Source: a virus (taxonomy: Duplodnaviria > Caudoviricetes). From it: 58,876 nucleotides of DNA. Positions 26,579 through 36,288 of this stretch are shown here, piece after piece; position 1 is the first letter of the stretch, and each line of letters starts with the position of its first letter. The notes under the pieces are model-generated. The model was not told the DNA's origin. It searched no databases and saw only the letters and a program-made list of their open reading frames with translations. The position numbers and the translations under genes were made by a program. The DNA is taken from IMG/VR virus record IMGVR_UViG_3300016467_000949, positions 1 to 58,876 of that record; one strand, given 5' to 3'.

Positions 26579-29500
26579 ATGGGCGACATGCTCAATAAAA
26601 TCTCCGCCAAGTTTGACAAGGAAAATTTCAAGAAACTGAACGAGGGAATGTCCTTCTCGGAGTACATCGACCTCGTCTACAAGAATCCGAGGCTCGCGAG
26701 GACTGCGTACCAGTACCTCTACGACATGATCACGAGCAAGGGAACTTCAAAGATAGAGAGATACAGAAGGACTTACATCCGCTACAAGTTCTTCGATGAT
26801 TCAGACACTCCCATCTTCGGCCTTGATGAGACGCTACACCAGATAGTCCAGTTCTTCAAGGGAGCGGCAGGCGGTTACGGCCCTGAACGAAGGTTCCTCC
26901 TCCTCCACGGTCCGGTGGGAAGCTCCAAATCCACCATCCTTCGTTGCATAAAGAAGGGGCTTGAGAAGTACTCGCTCACAGACGAGGGAGCATGGTACAC
27001 ATTCAAGTGGGTGAATCTCCCCACGGGCAAGGATTACGGCATCTACACGCAGGCGGAGGACGAGTCTCCCATGCACGAGGATCCCCTCAAGCTCCTCCCG
27101 CCCGACATGAGGAAGGAAGTGGTGGATGAACTTAACAAGATTCTTGTGGAAATGACCCCCGAGAAGGAGCGGACATCCCTCTACAGACTTTCGGTGGAGG
27201 GCGAACTTGACCCCAGGTCAAAGAAGTTCATGCAAGAACTTCTCTCTCGATACGAGGGCGACTGGGGTAAGGTTGTGGAGAACCACATCAGAGTCGTCAG
27301 AAAGACCCACAGCGAGGCAGATCGCTGTGGCATCGCCACCTTCCAGCCGAAGGACGAGAAGAACCAGGACAGCACCGAACTGACGGGGGATATAAATTGG
27401 GGGAAGCTTCCTCACTTCGGGTCGGATTCCGACGCCAGGTGTGTGACCGGAGACACCTTGATTTCCACCGACCGGGGATTTGTGAGAATTTCCGAACTTC
27501 TTGACGGACAAACGGCAGAACCTGAAATGTTCCTGCCCCTCAGCGCCAAGGTCAGCAGTTTGGGTGGCGAGACTGACGCGGTCAATGTCTATTTCGGCGG
27601 AATGAAGGATGTCCACAAGGTTATTACCAAGTTCGGATATTCAATAACATCCACAGGCAACCACAAACTTCTGACGCTGACCGAGGATGGCATCAAATGG
27701 AAAAAGGTCAATGACCTTGAGACTGGGGACTATGTCGCACTCGGCAGGGGATGTTCAACATTCAGCGACAAGGATGCGGAACTCAATCCTATAGAATTTA
27801 AGGAATACGGAAATGAGAGAAACAAGCCCACCTTCCCGACCAAGATAACACCAGAATTGGGATACTTCTTCGGATTGTGGATCGGGGACGGCCACTATTC
27901 CATAAATAAGGAAAATGCACATTATGAATTCGGATGGACGCAAAAAGAACCAGATCGCCTTGAGTCTTTCAAAAGGATGTTCAAAGAGAATTTTTCTCTG
28001 GAATTCAATGAAACTCCTCACAACAATACAACTGTATTGAGGATAAGTAGCAGGAAACTTGTAGAGTGGCTCCACAAGTCGGCGGGCTTGAGAGGAAAGT
28101 CGTCCACCAAGAAAATACCGGACTGCATCCTAAAGTCTACAAAGGAGACGATAGTCGCTTGCTTGAGAGGTCTTTGGGAGACGGACGGCAATATAAGAAG
28201 CAATCATGGATCTAATACTGCATTTTTCTGCACCAATTCCTTTGAACTTGCTTCTCAAGTCCAAAGGTTGCTGCTGTCGTTTGGGATTGTCTCATCGCTT
28301 CAAAAAGCTGTCTCAGATATGTATTCCGTGCTCGTGTACGGAAAGAATGTCAATCTGCTGTGTGAACTCATACCTCAGCTGAAGGGAAGATTCACAACGG
28401 GTCAGTTGGCAGAACTCAAGTCCGCCCCGAATGCCGATATTCTTCCGAACATAAAGCCGCTGATGGTCGCCATATACAAAAAGTTCATGGCCAAGCTCCC
28501 GAACGATTCGGAAATCAAGAACAGGCTAAAGAAAAGGTACGGCGGCAATCTGTTTGACTCTAGAAAGAAGAATGTTTCCTACGAGACCCTGAATGACTTC
28601 TTGTCGGACTTTGCCTTTGACAAGGAGGATTTGGATTATATTAGATTGAAGGAAATACAGGATGCCAACCATGTTTGGATGCCCGTCCAAGAGGTGATCT
28701 CTTGCGGAAGGAAGGAGGTTTTTGACCTGTACGTTCCCGAGACCAACGCCTATTGGGCAGACGGGTTCGTGAGCCACAACTCCTTCAACTTTGACGGCGA
28801 ATTCTGCGTGGGCAACAGGGGCCTCGTGGAGTTCATTGAGGTTCTCAAGCTCGCCAAGGAGTTCCTCTACGACCTCCTAGGCGCGTCGCAGGAGAAGCAG
28901 ATAAAGCCCAAGAAGTTCCCGCAGGTTGCGGTGGACACGGTTCTCGTCGGCCACACAAACTCCCCGGAGTTTATCAGGCTGAAGAGCGACCAGACCATGG
29001 AGGCTCTCAGGGACAGGACTGTCAAGATAGACGTCCCTTATCTTCTGAGGTGGAGCGACGAGTTGAAGGTCCTGGAGAACCAGTATTCGGGTGACAGGAT
29101 CAAGCAGCACATAGCCCCGCACACGCTTGAGATCGCCGCTCTCTGGTCGGTCCTCACAAGGCTTCAGGACGACAAGGACGGCAAGATAAGCCTCGTGGAG
29201 AAGGCCAAGCTCTACGACGGAAGGAGTCTCCCCGGATGGACTGAGGACAGCGTCAAGGAGATGAGGGACAAGTATCCGGACGAGGGCATGATCGGCATCA
29301 GTTGCCGTTACACTCAGGACAAGATCAGCAACTGCCTAAGTTCTCACTACGACTATATCAACTTCTTCATGGTTCTCAATGAGCTCAAGGCGGGAATAGA
29401 CCATCAGTCGCTCCTGAACAACCAGGAGGACAAGTCAAGATATGTCGCGTGCATAGACCTCGCCAAGAAGGAACTTGATGAAATTTTGAAGACCGAGGTG

Positions 29501-29995
29501 CAGAAGGCTCTTGTTGGCGATGAGCACGCAATAGAGAGACTCTGCGGCAATTACATAGACAACGTGATGGCCTACATCAACGGCACGAAGATCAAGAACC
29601 CCTTCACCGAACAGGATCAGGAGCCGGATGAGAGGCTCATGCGATCCATAGAGGAGAAGATAGACATCCCCGAGGTCGGAGCCGACGACTTCCGCAGGAT
29701 GCTAGCGGGATTCATCGGACACCTGGCGCACAGCGGCAAGCAGTTCAAGTGGGACTCAAACCCCCAGCTGAAGAAGGCTCTTGAGGCCAAGCTCTTCGAG
29801 GACACCAAGGATCACATCAAGCTTTCGGCCCTCAACATCAAGGGCGCGACAGTCGTGGACAAGGAAATCCAGGAGAAGATTGATGCAGTGAAGAAGAGGC
29901 TCATAAGCCAGTACGGCTACAACGAGCAGAGCGCCACCGACGTTCTGGAGTACATAAGCTCCATCTTCGCCCGCGGCGACGTATCCGAGGACTAA
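26579..29995 (+). CDS. prkA: PrkA/YeaG AAA+ ATPase precursor containing an intein (~691 aa after splicing)
   Basis: IFGLDE, LLLHGPVGSSKS, QPKDEKNQDSTELTG, FNFDGEF..NRGLVEF.E, HTN..E, EALRDR, HIAPHTLE. Confidence 0.92.
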   Translation: MGDMLNKISAKFDKENFKKLNEGMSFSEYIDLVYKNPRLARTAYQYLYDMITSKGTSKIERYRRTYIRYKFFDDSDTPIFGLDETLHQIVQFFKGAAGGYGPERRFLLLHGPVGSSKSTILRCIKKGLEKYSLTDEGAWYTFKWVNLPTGKDYGIYTQAEDESPMHEDPLKLLPPDMRKEVVDELNKILVEMTPEKERTSLYRLSVEGELDPRSKKFMQELLSRYEGDWGKVVENHIRVVRKTHSEADRCGIATFQPKDEKNQDSTELTGDINWGKLPHFGSDSDARCVTGDTLISTDRGFVRISELLDGQTAEPEMFLPLSAKVSSLGGETDAVNVYFGGMKDVHKVITKFGYSITSTGNHKLLTLTEDGIKWKKVNDLETGDYVALGRGCSTFSDKDAELNPIEFKEYGNERNKPTFPTKITPELGYFFGLWIGDGHYSINKENAHYEFGWTQKEPDRLESFKRMFKENFSLEFNETPHNNTTVLRISSRKLVEWLHKSAGLRGKSSTKKIPDCILKSTKETIVACLRGLWETDGNIRSNHGSNTAFFCTNSFELASQVQRLLLSFGIVSSLQKAVSDMYSVLVYGKNVNLLCELIPQLKGRFTTGQLAELKSAPNADILPNIKPLMVAIYKKFMAKLPNDSEIKNRLKKRYGGNLFDSRKKNVSYETLNDFLSDFAFDKEDLDYIRLKEIQDANHVWMPVQEVISCGRKEVFDLYVPETNAYWADGFVSHNSFNFDGEFCVGNRGLVEFIEVLKLAKEFLYDLLGASQEKQIKPKKFPQVAVDTVLVGHTNSPEFIRLKSDQTMEALRDRTVKIDVPYLLRWSDELKVLENQYSGDRIKQHIAPHTLEIAALWSVLTRLQDDKDGKISLVEKAKLYDGRSLPGWTEDSVKEMRDKYPDEGMIGISCRYTQDKISNCLSSHYDYINFFMVLNELKAGIDHQSLLNNQEDKSRYVACIDLAKKELDEILKTEVQKALVGDEHAIERLCGNYIDNVMAYINGTKIKNPFTEQDQEPDERLMRSIEEKIDIPEVGADDFRRMLAGFIGHLAHSGKQFKWDSNPQLKKALEAKLFEDTKDHIKLSALNIKGATVVDKEIQEKIDAVKKRLISQYGYNEQSATDVLEYISSIFARGDVSED
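27440..28780 (+). mobile_element. intein with LAGLIDADG homing endonuclease (447 aa)
   Basis: begins CVTGDT, ends VSHN followed by Ser; block B STGNHKL; LGYFFGLWIGDG and LRGLWETDG; interrupts SDSDAR/SFNFDGE. Confidence 0.92.
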
Positions 29996-30007
29996 TCTGG
30001 AGGAACC

Positions 30008-31204
30008 GTGCCCCGCAGGATTGACTCTGACCACAAGGACTTCCAGGACGTCTATGGCGGCATAAGGCGCAAGGAACTCAAGAAGTACATAAAGAATGGC
30101 ACGATCTTCCGAAACAGAGGCAAGAACGGGAAGATCGTCGTCACAATACCCAAGATAGACATCCCCCACATCGTCTACGGCGAGAGCGACGACGGCGTAG
30201 GACGGGGTCAGGGCGAGAAGGGGGATGTCATAGGAAAAGACCCCCAGAAGGGCGACGGCAAGGGCAACAAGGCAGGACAGGACGCGGGAGACGGCATGGA
30301 TATAGCCGTGGACCTCGAGGAAGTTCTCAAGTTCATGCAGGAGGAACTCGAACTCCCCGACATGAAGCCCAAGCCCGGCGACACCTATGAGCAGATTATA
30401 AAGAAGTACAACAACATATCGCTGGTCGGACCGGAAAGCCTTCGGCACAACGCCAGAACCCTGAAGCAGGCCCTGAAGAGGCAGTGTTCGGACGGATCAA
30501 TACACAAGCTGCATCAGATACCGGGATTTGCCAACCCAGTCAGGCTCATAACGCCCATCAACAGCGACAAGCGCTATCGCCAGTTCAGCGAGATAAAGAT
30601 ACCGTCCAGCAACGCGGTCATATTCTTCGCCCGAGACGGATCGGCCAGCATGGACCAATACAAGTGCGACATCGTCAGCGACATGAGTTGGTGGATAGAC
30701 ACTTGGATCAGAAAGTTCTACGACAAGGTTGAGCGGGTTTATGTGTGGCACGACACCGTCGCTAAGGAGGTGGACGAGAAGAAATTCTACAAGTACAGGT
30801 ACGGCGGCGGAACAACATGTTCAACCGCCCTTAAGCTTATCTCCAAGATGTTCGAAAACAGGTACAACCCGATCAAGTGGAACATCTATCTCTTTTACTT
30901 CACAGACGGGGAGAATTGGGATAACGACAACGAGGTCTTTTGCGACGTTCTAGAAAAGGATTTCAATGGCAATGTCGTCAACATGGTGGGAATAACTCAG
31001 ATACTGCCTTGGCAGTATGAGAACAGCCTCAAACAACATGTGGATGAGAAGTGCAAGAACAGAAACTTGAAGACCACACAGGTCGGATCATCCGCAAGGC
31101 AGATGTCAGAGGATGACCGGGACGTCCAGATAAAGAACTCTATAATAGAACTGCTCGGAAGGGGATCGAAGAAGGAGAACTACTGGGCTAACACGCTCGG
31201 TTGA
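30008..31204 (+). CDS. yeaH: YeaH/YhbH (DUF444) vWA-domain protein
   Basis: EELELP, DKRYR, SNAVIFFARDGSASM (DxSxS MIDAS), GGGT, NIY.FYFTDGENW; GGAGG RBS. Confidence 0.88.
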   Translation: MPRRIDSDHKDFQDVYGGIRRKELKKYIKNGTIFRNRGKNGKIVVTIPKIDIPHIVYGESDDGVGRGQGEKGDVIGKDPQKGDGKGNKAGQDAGDGMDIAVDLEEVLKFMQEELELPDMKPKPGDTYEQIIKKYNNISLVGPESLRHNARTLKQALKRQCSDGSIHKLHQIPGFANPVRLITPINSDKRYRQFSEIKIPSSNAVIFFARDGSASMDQYKCDIVSDMSWWIDTWIRKFYDKVERVYVWHDTVAKEVDEKKFYKYRYGGGTTCSTALKLISKMFENRYNPIKWNIYLFYFTDGENWDNDNEVFCDVLEKDFNGNVVNMVGITQILPWQYENSLKQHVDEKCKNRNLKTTQVGSSARQMSEDDRDVQIKNSIIELLGRGSKKENYWANTLG

Positions 31205-32796
31205 ATATGAACCAGAATAAATTCATGCTCGGTTCGCCCGTCCTCATGGGCGACAAGACGATTCCCGGCGTACCCATGCCCGAGGAGCTCAAGAGGCTCC
31301 TTCCCGAGATATTCAGGAAGGTCAGCGAGTTCGGCTGTGACTTCCCGCCCACCGTAGTGGAGATGCTGACCTACGACGAGATCAGTGAGATCGCCGCCTA
31401 CGGCGGCTTTCCCGTCAGGTACCCCCACTGGAAGTGGGGCATGGAGTACGAGGAACTCCAGCGCGGATATATGCACGGAATGCATCGGATTTATGAAATG
31501 GTTACGAACTGTACGCCCGTATACCTATATTGCCTTGACTCAAACACGCTCCTTGACAATGTGACCGTAGTAGCCCACGCCCTCGGCCATGCGGACTTCT
31601 TCAAGAACAACATCTACTTCGCACAGACCAGCCAGAACATGATGAACGAGCTGGCGAACCACGGCACGCGGATAAGAAGGTACATGAGCAGATGGGGCAA
31701 GGAGAGGGTCACGGAGTTCATAGACCATGTCCTCAGGATAGAGACCCTCATAGACCCAGCCAAAGCCTGGGAACCCAAGAGGTACAAGAACAGCATCCCG
31801 AGGGACGACAGGAAGTACAGGCACCCGAGCCGCTTCAGGGTGGAGGAAGGCCACGACTACATGGAATGCTACCTCAACACCGAGGAGTGGATAAGGGAGC
31901 AGCAGAAGAAGATAGAGAAGATGGAGGCTGCCGAATACCTCGATCTGTTCGTGGGGTCCACCAAGGACATCATGGGGTTCATCAGGGACAACGCTCCGCT
32001 CAAGACATGGGAGAGCGACATCGTCTCCATGCTCTATGAGGAAAGCATGTACTTCGCACCACAGAGGATGACTAAGACAATCAATGAGGGACATGCCAGC
32101 TGGGTTGACTACCACATAATTGCAAAACAGGGACTCAGTGGACTTGGTCAAGATCACGACAGTGCGGGCATAATAGAGTATGCCAAGCACAAAATGGGGG
32201 TTCTAGGGGGCAAATACAGCATGAACCCCTACAAGCTCGGATTTAATCTTCTTTGCGACATAGAGGAGCGGTGGAATAAGGGCATGTTCGGCAGGGATTG
32301 GGAGGAATGCTCGGACATAAGGGAGAAGGAGAAGTGGGACAAGAATCTGGGACTGGGCAAGGAGAAGGTTTTTGAGGTGAGGAAGCTGTACAACGACGTC
32401 ACGTTCATCATGGAATTCTTCACCCCCGAGTTCTGCGAAAAGTACGAGTTCTTCGAGTGGAAGAAGTATCCCAACGGCGAGTATAAGATCGAGAGCAAAG
32501 ACCCCCACAGGATAAAGGCAAAGCTCGTATCCCGATACATGAACGGCGGCCTGCCCGAGATAAGGCTCGTAGACCCAAATCACAGGGGAAAGGGAATCCT
32601 GTTCCTCCAGCACAACTGGCACGGCAGACCCCTCCACGAGGCCTATGTTGGGCCGGTTCTGGAGTCCCTGAGGAGGCTCTGGAAGAACGACGTATGCCTT
32701 GCGACCAAGAACAAGGAGGGCAGGGAGCTCATCTACAGGTGCAAGACGGACGAGTGCATTGTTGACATGGTGCCTAGGGAGGACTACGAGGGCTAG
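31201..32796 (+). CDS. spoVR: SpoVR/YcgB family protein
   Basis: GFPVRYPHWKWG, IYEMV.N, AHALGHADFFKNN, YFAPQ..TK.INEG.AS, NPYKLG. Confidence 0.92.
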   Translation: MNMNQNKFMLGSPVLMGDKTIPGVPMPEELKRLLPEIFRKVSEFGCDFPPTVVEMLTYDEISEIAAYGGFPVRYPHWKWGMEYEELQRGYMHGMHRIYEMVTNCTPVYLYCLDSNTLLDNVTVVAHALGHADFFKNNIYFAQTSQNMMNELANHGTRIRRYMSRWGKERVTEFIDHVLRIETLIDPAKAWEPKRYKNSIPRDDRKYRHPSRFRVEEGHDYMECYLNTEEWIREQQKKIEKMEAAEYLDLFVGSTKDIMGFIRDNAPLKTWESDIVSMLYEESMYFAPQRMTKTINEGHASWVDYHIIAKQGLSGLGQDHDSAGIIEYAKHKMGVLGGKYSMNPYKLGFNLLCDIEERWNKGMFGRDWEECSDIREKEKWDKNLGLGKEKVFEVRKLYNDVTFIMEFFTPEFCEKYEFFEWKKYPNGEYKIESKDPHRIKAKLVSRYMNGGLPEIRLVDPNHRGKGILFLQHNWHGRPLHEAYVGPVLESLRRLWKNDVCLATKNKEGRELIYRCKTDECIVDMVPREDYEG

Positions 32797-32871
32797 AAAA
32801 TCCCTATTTTTGGGCATTTTTCCTATTTTTCCAAACGCATTTCCGCCTTCTTTTTTGCCCTCTGGGGGGTC

Positions 32872-32877
32872 TAAATA
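32872..32877 (+). promoter_or_regulatory. putative late promoter before clpP
   Basis: intergenic TAAATA. Confidence 0.35.
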
Positions 32878-32904
32878 CGGTGTCTGTCCGAGCTCAATTA
32901 CACC

Positions 32905-33597
32905 GTGTCATCAATGAATCCCACCAAGAAAAGCGTATCGGTGGAGCAGCTTATAAGCGAAATCCACAACCACCACATAAACCATCTTACGAGGGAGATA
33001 TACCTGCACGGCTACGTGGATGCTGATGAGGAGCCCGGGGTGGACTACAGGATGGCCACCTCATTCATAAAGAATCTGCATATCCTGGAACTTCAGAACA
33101 GCCAGAACATCCTCATCCACATGCACACCATAGGGGGTAACTGGAGCGACGGGATGGCGATATTCAATTCAATCAGGCTTTCTAAGGCCCCGATCACAAT
33201 CATGGGATACGCCCAGGCCAGCAGCATGAGCGGGATAGTCTTCCAGGCCGCCGACAAGAGGGTTCTCATGCCCGACTGCGAGATCATGATACACCACGGC
33301 TCCATAGCCCTTGACGACAACACGATGGCTGTGAAGAGCGCAGTGGACCAGAACGAGAAGTACTGCAAGAAGATGCTGGAAATATTCGCGGAGAGAGCCA
33401 TAATGGGCAAGTATTTCAAGGAGAGGAAATATAGTCTCAGAAAGGCGATGACCTTCATAGATCAGAAGATAAAGCAGAACGGCGACTGGTACCTGATGCC
33501 CGACGAGGCGGTCTACTACGGGTTTGCGGACGGCATCCTTGGCGAGAAGGGATTTGAGACCGTGGCCAAGACCAGATCGGGAAGGAAGCGCAAGTGA
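32905..33597 (+). CDS. clpP: ClpP-family protease subunit
   Basis: REIYLHG, HTIGG..DGMAIFNSI, ASSM (Ser), IMIHH (His), DWYL..EAV.YGFAD. Confidence 0.85.
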   Translation: MSSMNPTKKSVSVEQLISEIHNHHINHLTREIYLHGYVDADEEPGVDYRMATSFIKNLHILELQNSQNILIHMHTIGGNWSDGMAIFNSIRLSKAPITIMGYAQASSMSGIVFQAADKRVLMPDCEIMIHHGSIALDDNTMAVKSAVDQNEKYCKKMLEIFAERAIMGKYFKERKYSLRKAMTFIDQKIKQNGDWYLMPDEAVYYGFADGILGEKGFETVAKTRSGRKRK

Positions 33598-33857
33598 ACG
33601 CATTTTCGTGGATCACGGCCCTCCTCATATTCATGACATATGTTGTAATAGACATGCTGTATGCCTATTACATAATGTGCGTCGAGGAACGCCGGCCGTT
33701 CAGGGCTGCGGCCACCACGAGCGTCATCTACAGTCTTTTGGCCTACGGGGTTGTCTCATACTCTCAGAATATTCTGTACCTGATCCCCTTGGCTTCCGGG
33801 GCGTTTTTTGGTACATTCATAATGGTCGCTTACAAGAAGAGAAAGGAAATGAAATGA
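33594..33857 (+). CDS. small membrane protein
   Basis: about three hydrophobic segments; GTGA coupled to clpP. Confidence 0.7.
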   Translation: MNAFSWITALLIFMTYVVIDMLYAYYIMCVEERRPFRAAATTSVIYSLLAYGVVSYSQNILYLIPLASGAFFGTFIMVAYKKRKEMK

Positions 33858-34066
33858 CCGAGCATGAGTTGCTTTTGACGGACGAGTTCGTGGCATTCTC
33901 CCAGGCTGTATCCGCGGTCCACGAGGAGAAGAAGGTTTTAGAGGAGGAGTTCAAGAAGCACTTTGAGGACTACAAGTCCAAGAAGAAGGAACTTGAGAAC
34001 AAGGTCGCCTCCGCGAGTGCGAAGTGGGAGGAATGGAAGAAGGCGCAGCTCTCCGCAAAGAAGTAG
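33854..34066 (+). CDS. small coiled-coil protein
   Basis: AAGGA RBS, K/E-rich. Confidence 0.65.
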   Translation: MTEHELLLTDEFVAFSQAVSAVHEEKKVLEEEFKKHFEDYKSKKKELENKVASASAKWEEWKKAQLSAKK

Positions 34067-34090
34067 TTTCTTCGCACGAATGCCTGTTAA

Positions 34091-34816
34091 ATGAAAAAAG
34101 CGCTTGTCACGTTCTATCAGGCCAAGTACGGCTTTCTGGACGTGGTTCTGCCGAGATTCAGGAGGTACGCCTCGAGGATCGGAGCGGAGATGGTGGAAGT
34201 CAACATGGACGGATCCTCCAATGTCTTTATGGACAAGTTCTTTCATGTCGCGGGCCTTCCCTACGACCGTTGCATCGTTCTTGACGTGGACATTCTCCTG
34301 AGGAACGACGCTCCCGATCTCTTCTCCATAGTTCCTGCGGACTCCTTGGGGATATACGACGAAGGATCATCATTTCACCGACCTCAAAAATCCGACTTGG
34401 ATCAGATAGAGGCTAGGCACAAGGTCTACGCTCATCTCATAGATTACTGCGGATTTGATCCTTCTCCTATATCGGGGGGTTTTTCTTTTGAGCGACCCCT
34501 CCGGTACTATAACATTGGAGTCGTGGTCTACAACAGGCAGGCCATGGATCTTCACGGCTCCCTTCCCGAAGAACTGGTTGAGAGGCTCTACCGCTACGAA
34601 GGCTGGACTTGTTCCGAACAGACCCTATTGAGCTATCTAATACTCAAGAGCGGAATTAAAACCTTTCATCTGCCTGTCTGCTTCAATCAGATGCCTTGCA
34701 ACCGGTGCGCAGATTACCTGAAGACCTCTTACGTATCGCATTATGCGGGTCTCGGAGATGCCAAGGAACAAGAAATGCTGAGGGACGACCTGATATGGAA
34801 GGGAGAGGGGTTGTGA
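34091..34816 (+). CDS. glycosyltransferase, GT8-like
   Basis: VLDVDIL, YYNIGV, EQTLL, FN, SHYAG. Confidence 0.75.
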   Translation: MKKALVTFYQAKYGFLDVVLPRFRRYASRIGAEMVEVNMDGSSNVFMDKFFHVAGLPYDRCIVLDVDILLRNDAPDLFSIVPADSLGIYDEGSSFHRPQKSDLDQIEARHKVYAHLIDYCGFDPSPISGGFSFERPLRYYNIGVVVYNRQAMDLHGSLPEELVERLYRYEGWTCSEQTLLSYLILKSGIKTFHLPVCFNQMPCNRCADYLKTSYVSHYAGLGDAKEQEMLRDDLIWKGEGL

Positions 34817-35829
34817 GGAAGCTCGCTTCTGTGCAAAAGGTGAAATTCGTACGCCCCATCGCCGGGGCGGACGCCATAGAGTGCGTCGGCGTTCTCGGCT
34901 GGGAGTGCGTCTCCAAGGTGGGCGAGTTCGTTCCCGGCGACGAATGTATTTATTTCGAGATCGACAGTCTTCTTCCGGACGAGCCTGTCTTTGAATTCCT
35001 CAAGAAGTCTTGTTGGAAGGAAGACCTCGGCAGATATCGTCTCCGCACCGTTCGCCTCAGGGGGCAAATAAGTCAGGGACTTGCTCTTCCGATTGCCCTT
35101 TTCCCCGAACTGGCCGGACGGGAAATCGGCTTTGATGCGACGGATATTCTCGGAGTCGAGAAGTACGAGCCTCCGATACCTGCACAGATACAGGGAGACG
35201 CGAGGAGTTTCAGCTGGCCCATAGAGAAGACCGATGAGATCAGAGTACAGCAGGACGATGAATACGGGTTCATATCTCGTCTGACGGGCAATCCTTATTA
35301 CATAACTCTCAAGATTGACGGCACGAGCTCCAGTTTCATGGTATCGGACGGGGAGTACCACGTCTGCGGAAGGAACTACAGCTACAAGAGGACGGACACC
35401 CACTCCTTCTGGAAGATCAGCGAGATGTACGGCATAGAGCAGAGACTCAGGGATCACACCACGCGTACGGGACAGAGGCTTGCGATACAGGGCGAGATCG
35501 CGGGTCCCGGCATACAGAAGAACCCTCTCGGCCTCAAGTTCCCAGACTTGTTTGTGTTTAACGTTGTTGACATGGACGCGGGAAGGCTTGATTTGGATGC
35601 CGCTCTCGGGATCGCCTCCGAATTCGGACTCAACTTCGTTCCGATCCTCGAGCGGGGCGAGTCCTTTTCACATTCCCAGGCGGAACTCCTTGATCTCGCA
35701 AAAGGAAAGTACACAGATCATTTTCCTTCTGCAAAACCGGGGCAGGACAGGGAGGGCATCGTGATCCGGAGTCTCTGCGGCAGAATAAGTTTCAAGGCTA
35801 TAAACAACGACTTCCTCCTGAAGGAATGA
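34813..35829 (+). CDS. ATP-dependent RNA ligase (DRB0094/Rnl2-like)
   Basis: RKLAS..PI.GADAIE, YFEIDS, KIDGTS, QGEIAGPGIQKN, EGIV, SFKAINNDFLL. Confidence 0.88.
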   Translation: MRKLASVQKVKFVRPIAGADAIECVGVLGWECVSKVGEFVPGDECIYFEIDSLLPDEPVFEFLKKSCWKEDLGRYRLRTVRLRGQISQGLALPIALFPELAGREIGFDATDILGVEKYEPPIPAQIQGDARSFSWPIEKTDEIRVQQDDEYGFISRLTGNPYYITLKIDGTSSSFMVSDGEYHVCGRNYSYKRTDTHSFWKISEMYGIEQRLRDHTTRTGQRLAIQGEIAGPGIQKNPLGLKFPDLFVFNVVDMDAGRLDLDAALGIASEFGLNFVPILERGESFSHSQAELLDLAKGKYTDHFPSAKPGQDREGIVIRSLCGRISFKAINNDFLLKE

Positions 35830-35830
35830 A

Positions 35831-35859
35831 TTGACTTGATTAGAGATTTTTATTAGAAT
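35831..35859 (+). promoter_or_regulatory. sigma70-like promoter, probably leaderless
   Basis: TTGACT-17 nt-TAGAAT; ATG 6 nt downstream. Confidence 0.6.
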
Positions 35860-35865
35860 CCTGGA

Positions 35866-36288
35866 ATGACACTTCCATACGAAAGGTTCAGGGCGGTCAA
35901 GTTCGCGAGGGACTTCTTGGGCGACCTTATTGATTCCAAGAAGACCCCGAGAATCCCCAGGGAAGTGAGGAAGCGAGCCCTTTCTGTTCTCAGGCACTAC
36001 CCCTTGGAATACGAGATGAAGCGGGCCTCAGAACTTGCTCCCGAGATTTTTTCAAGCCCGAGTTTTCAAGGAAAAGTCAATATGACATTTGAGGAATTCG
36101 TATCGAAGGTCGATTCATTGCACAGCACGCACAGGGAGTTGAGATATGGACAGTCGCTCATGATTGTCCTCGGCGAGGTCTGGATAGAGAAGTACAGGGA
36201 AATCACTGGCACGGATGACGACTGTTTCTACGACGACGCCACCGTGAGGTTCACCCTCGACAGACTTGAAAAGGAGTGGAAAGAATGA
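35866..36288 (+). CDS. hypothetical protein (two apparent modules)
   Basis: MTLPYERFRAV..LRHYP module followed by MTFEEF..LRYGQ module. Confidence 0.65.
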   Translation: MTLPYERFRAVKFARDFLGDLIDSKKTPRIPREVRKRALSVLRHYPLEYEMKRASELAPEIFSSPSFQGKVNMTFEEFVSKVDSLHSTHRELRYGQSLMIVLGEVWIEKYREITGTDDDCFYDDATVRFTLDRLEKEWKE

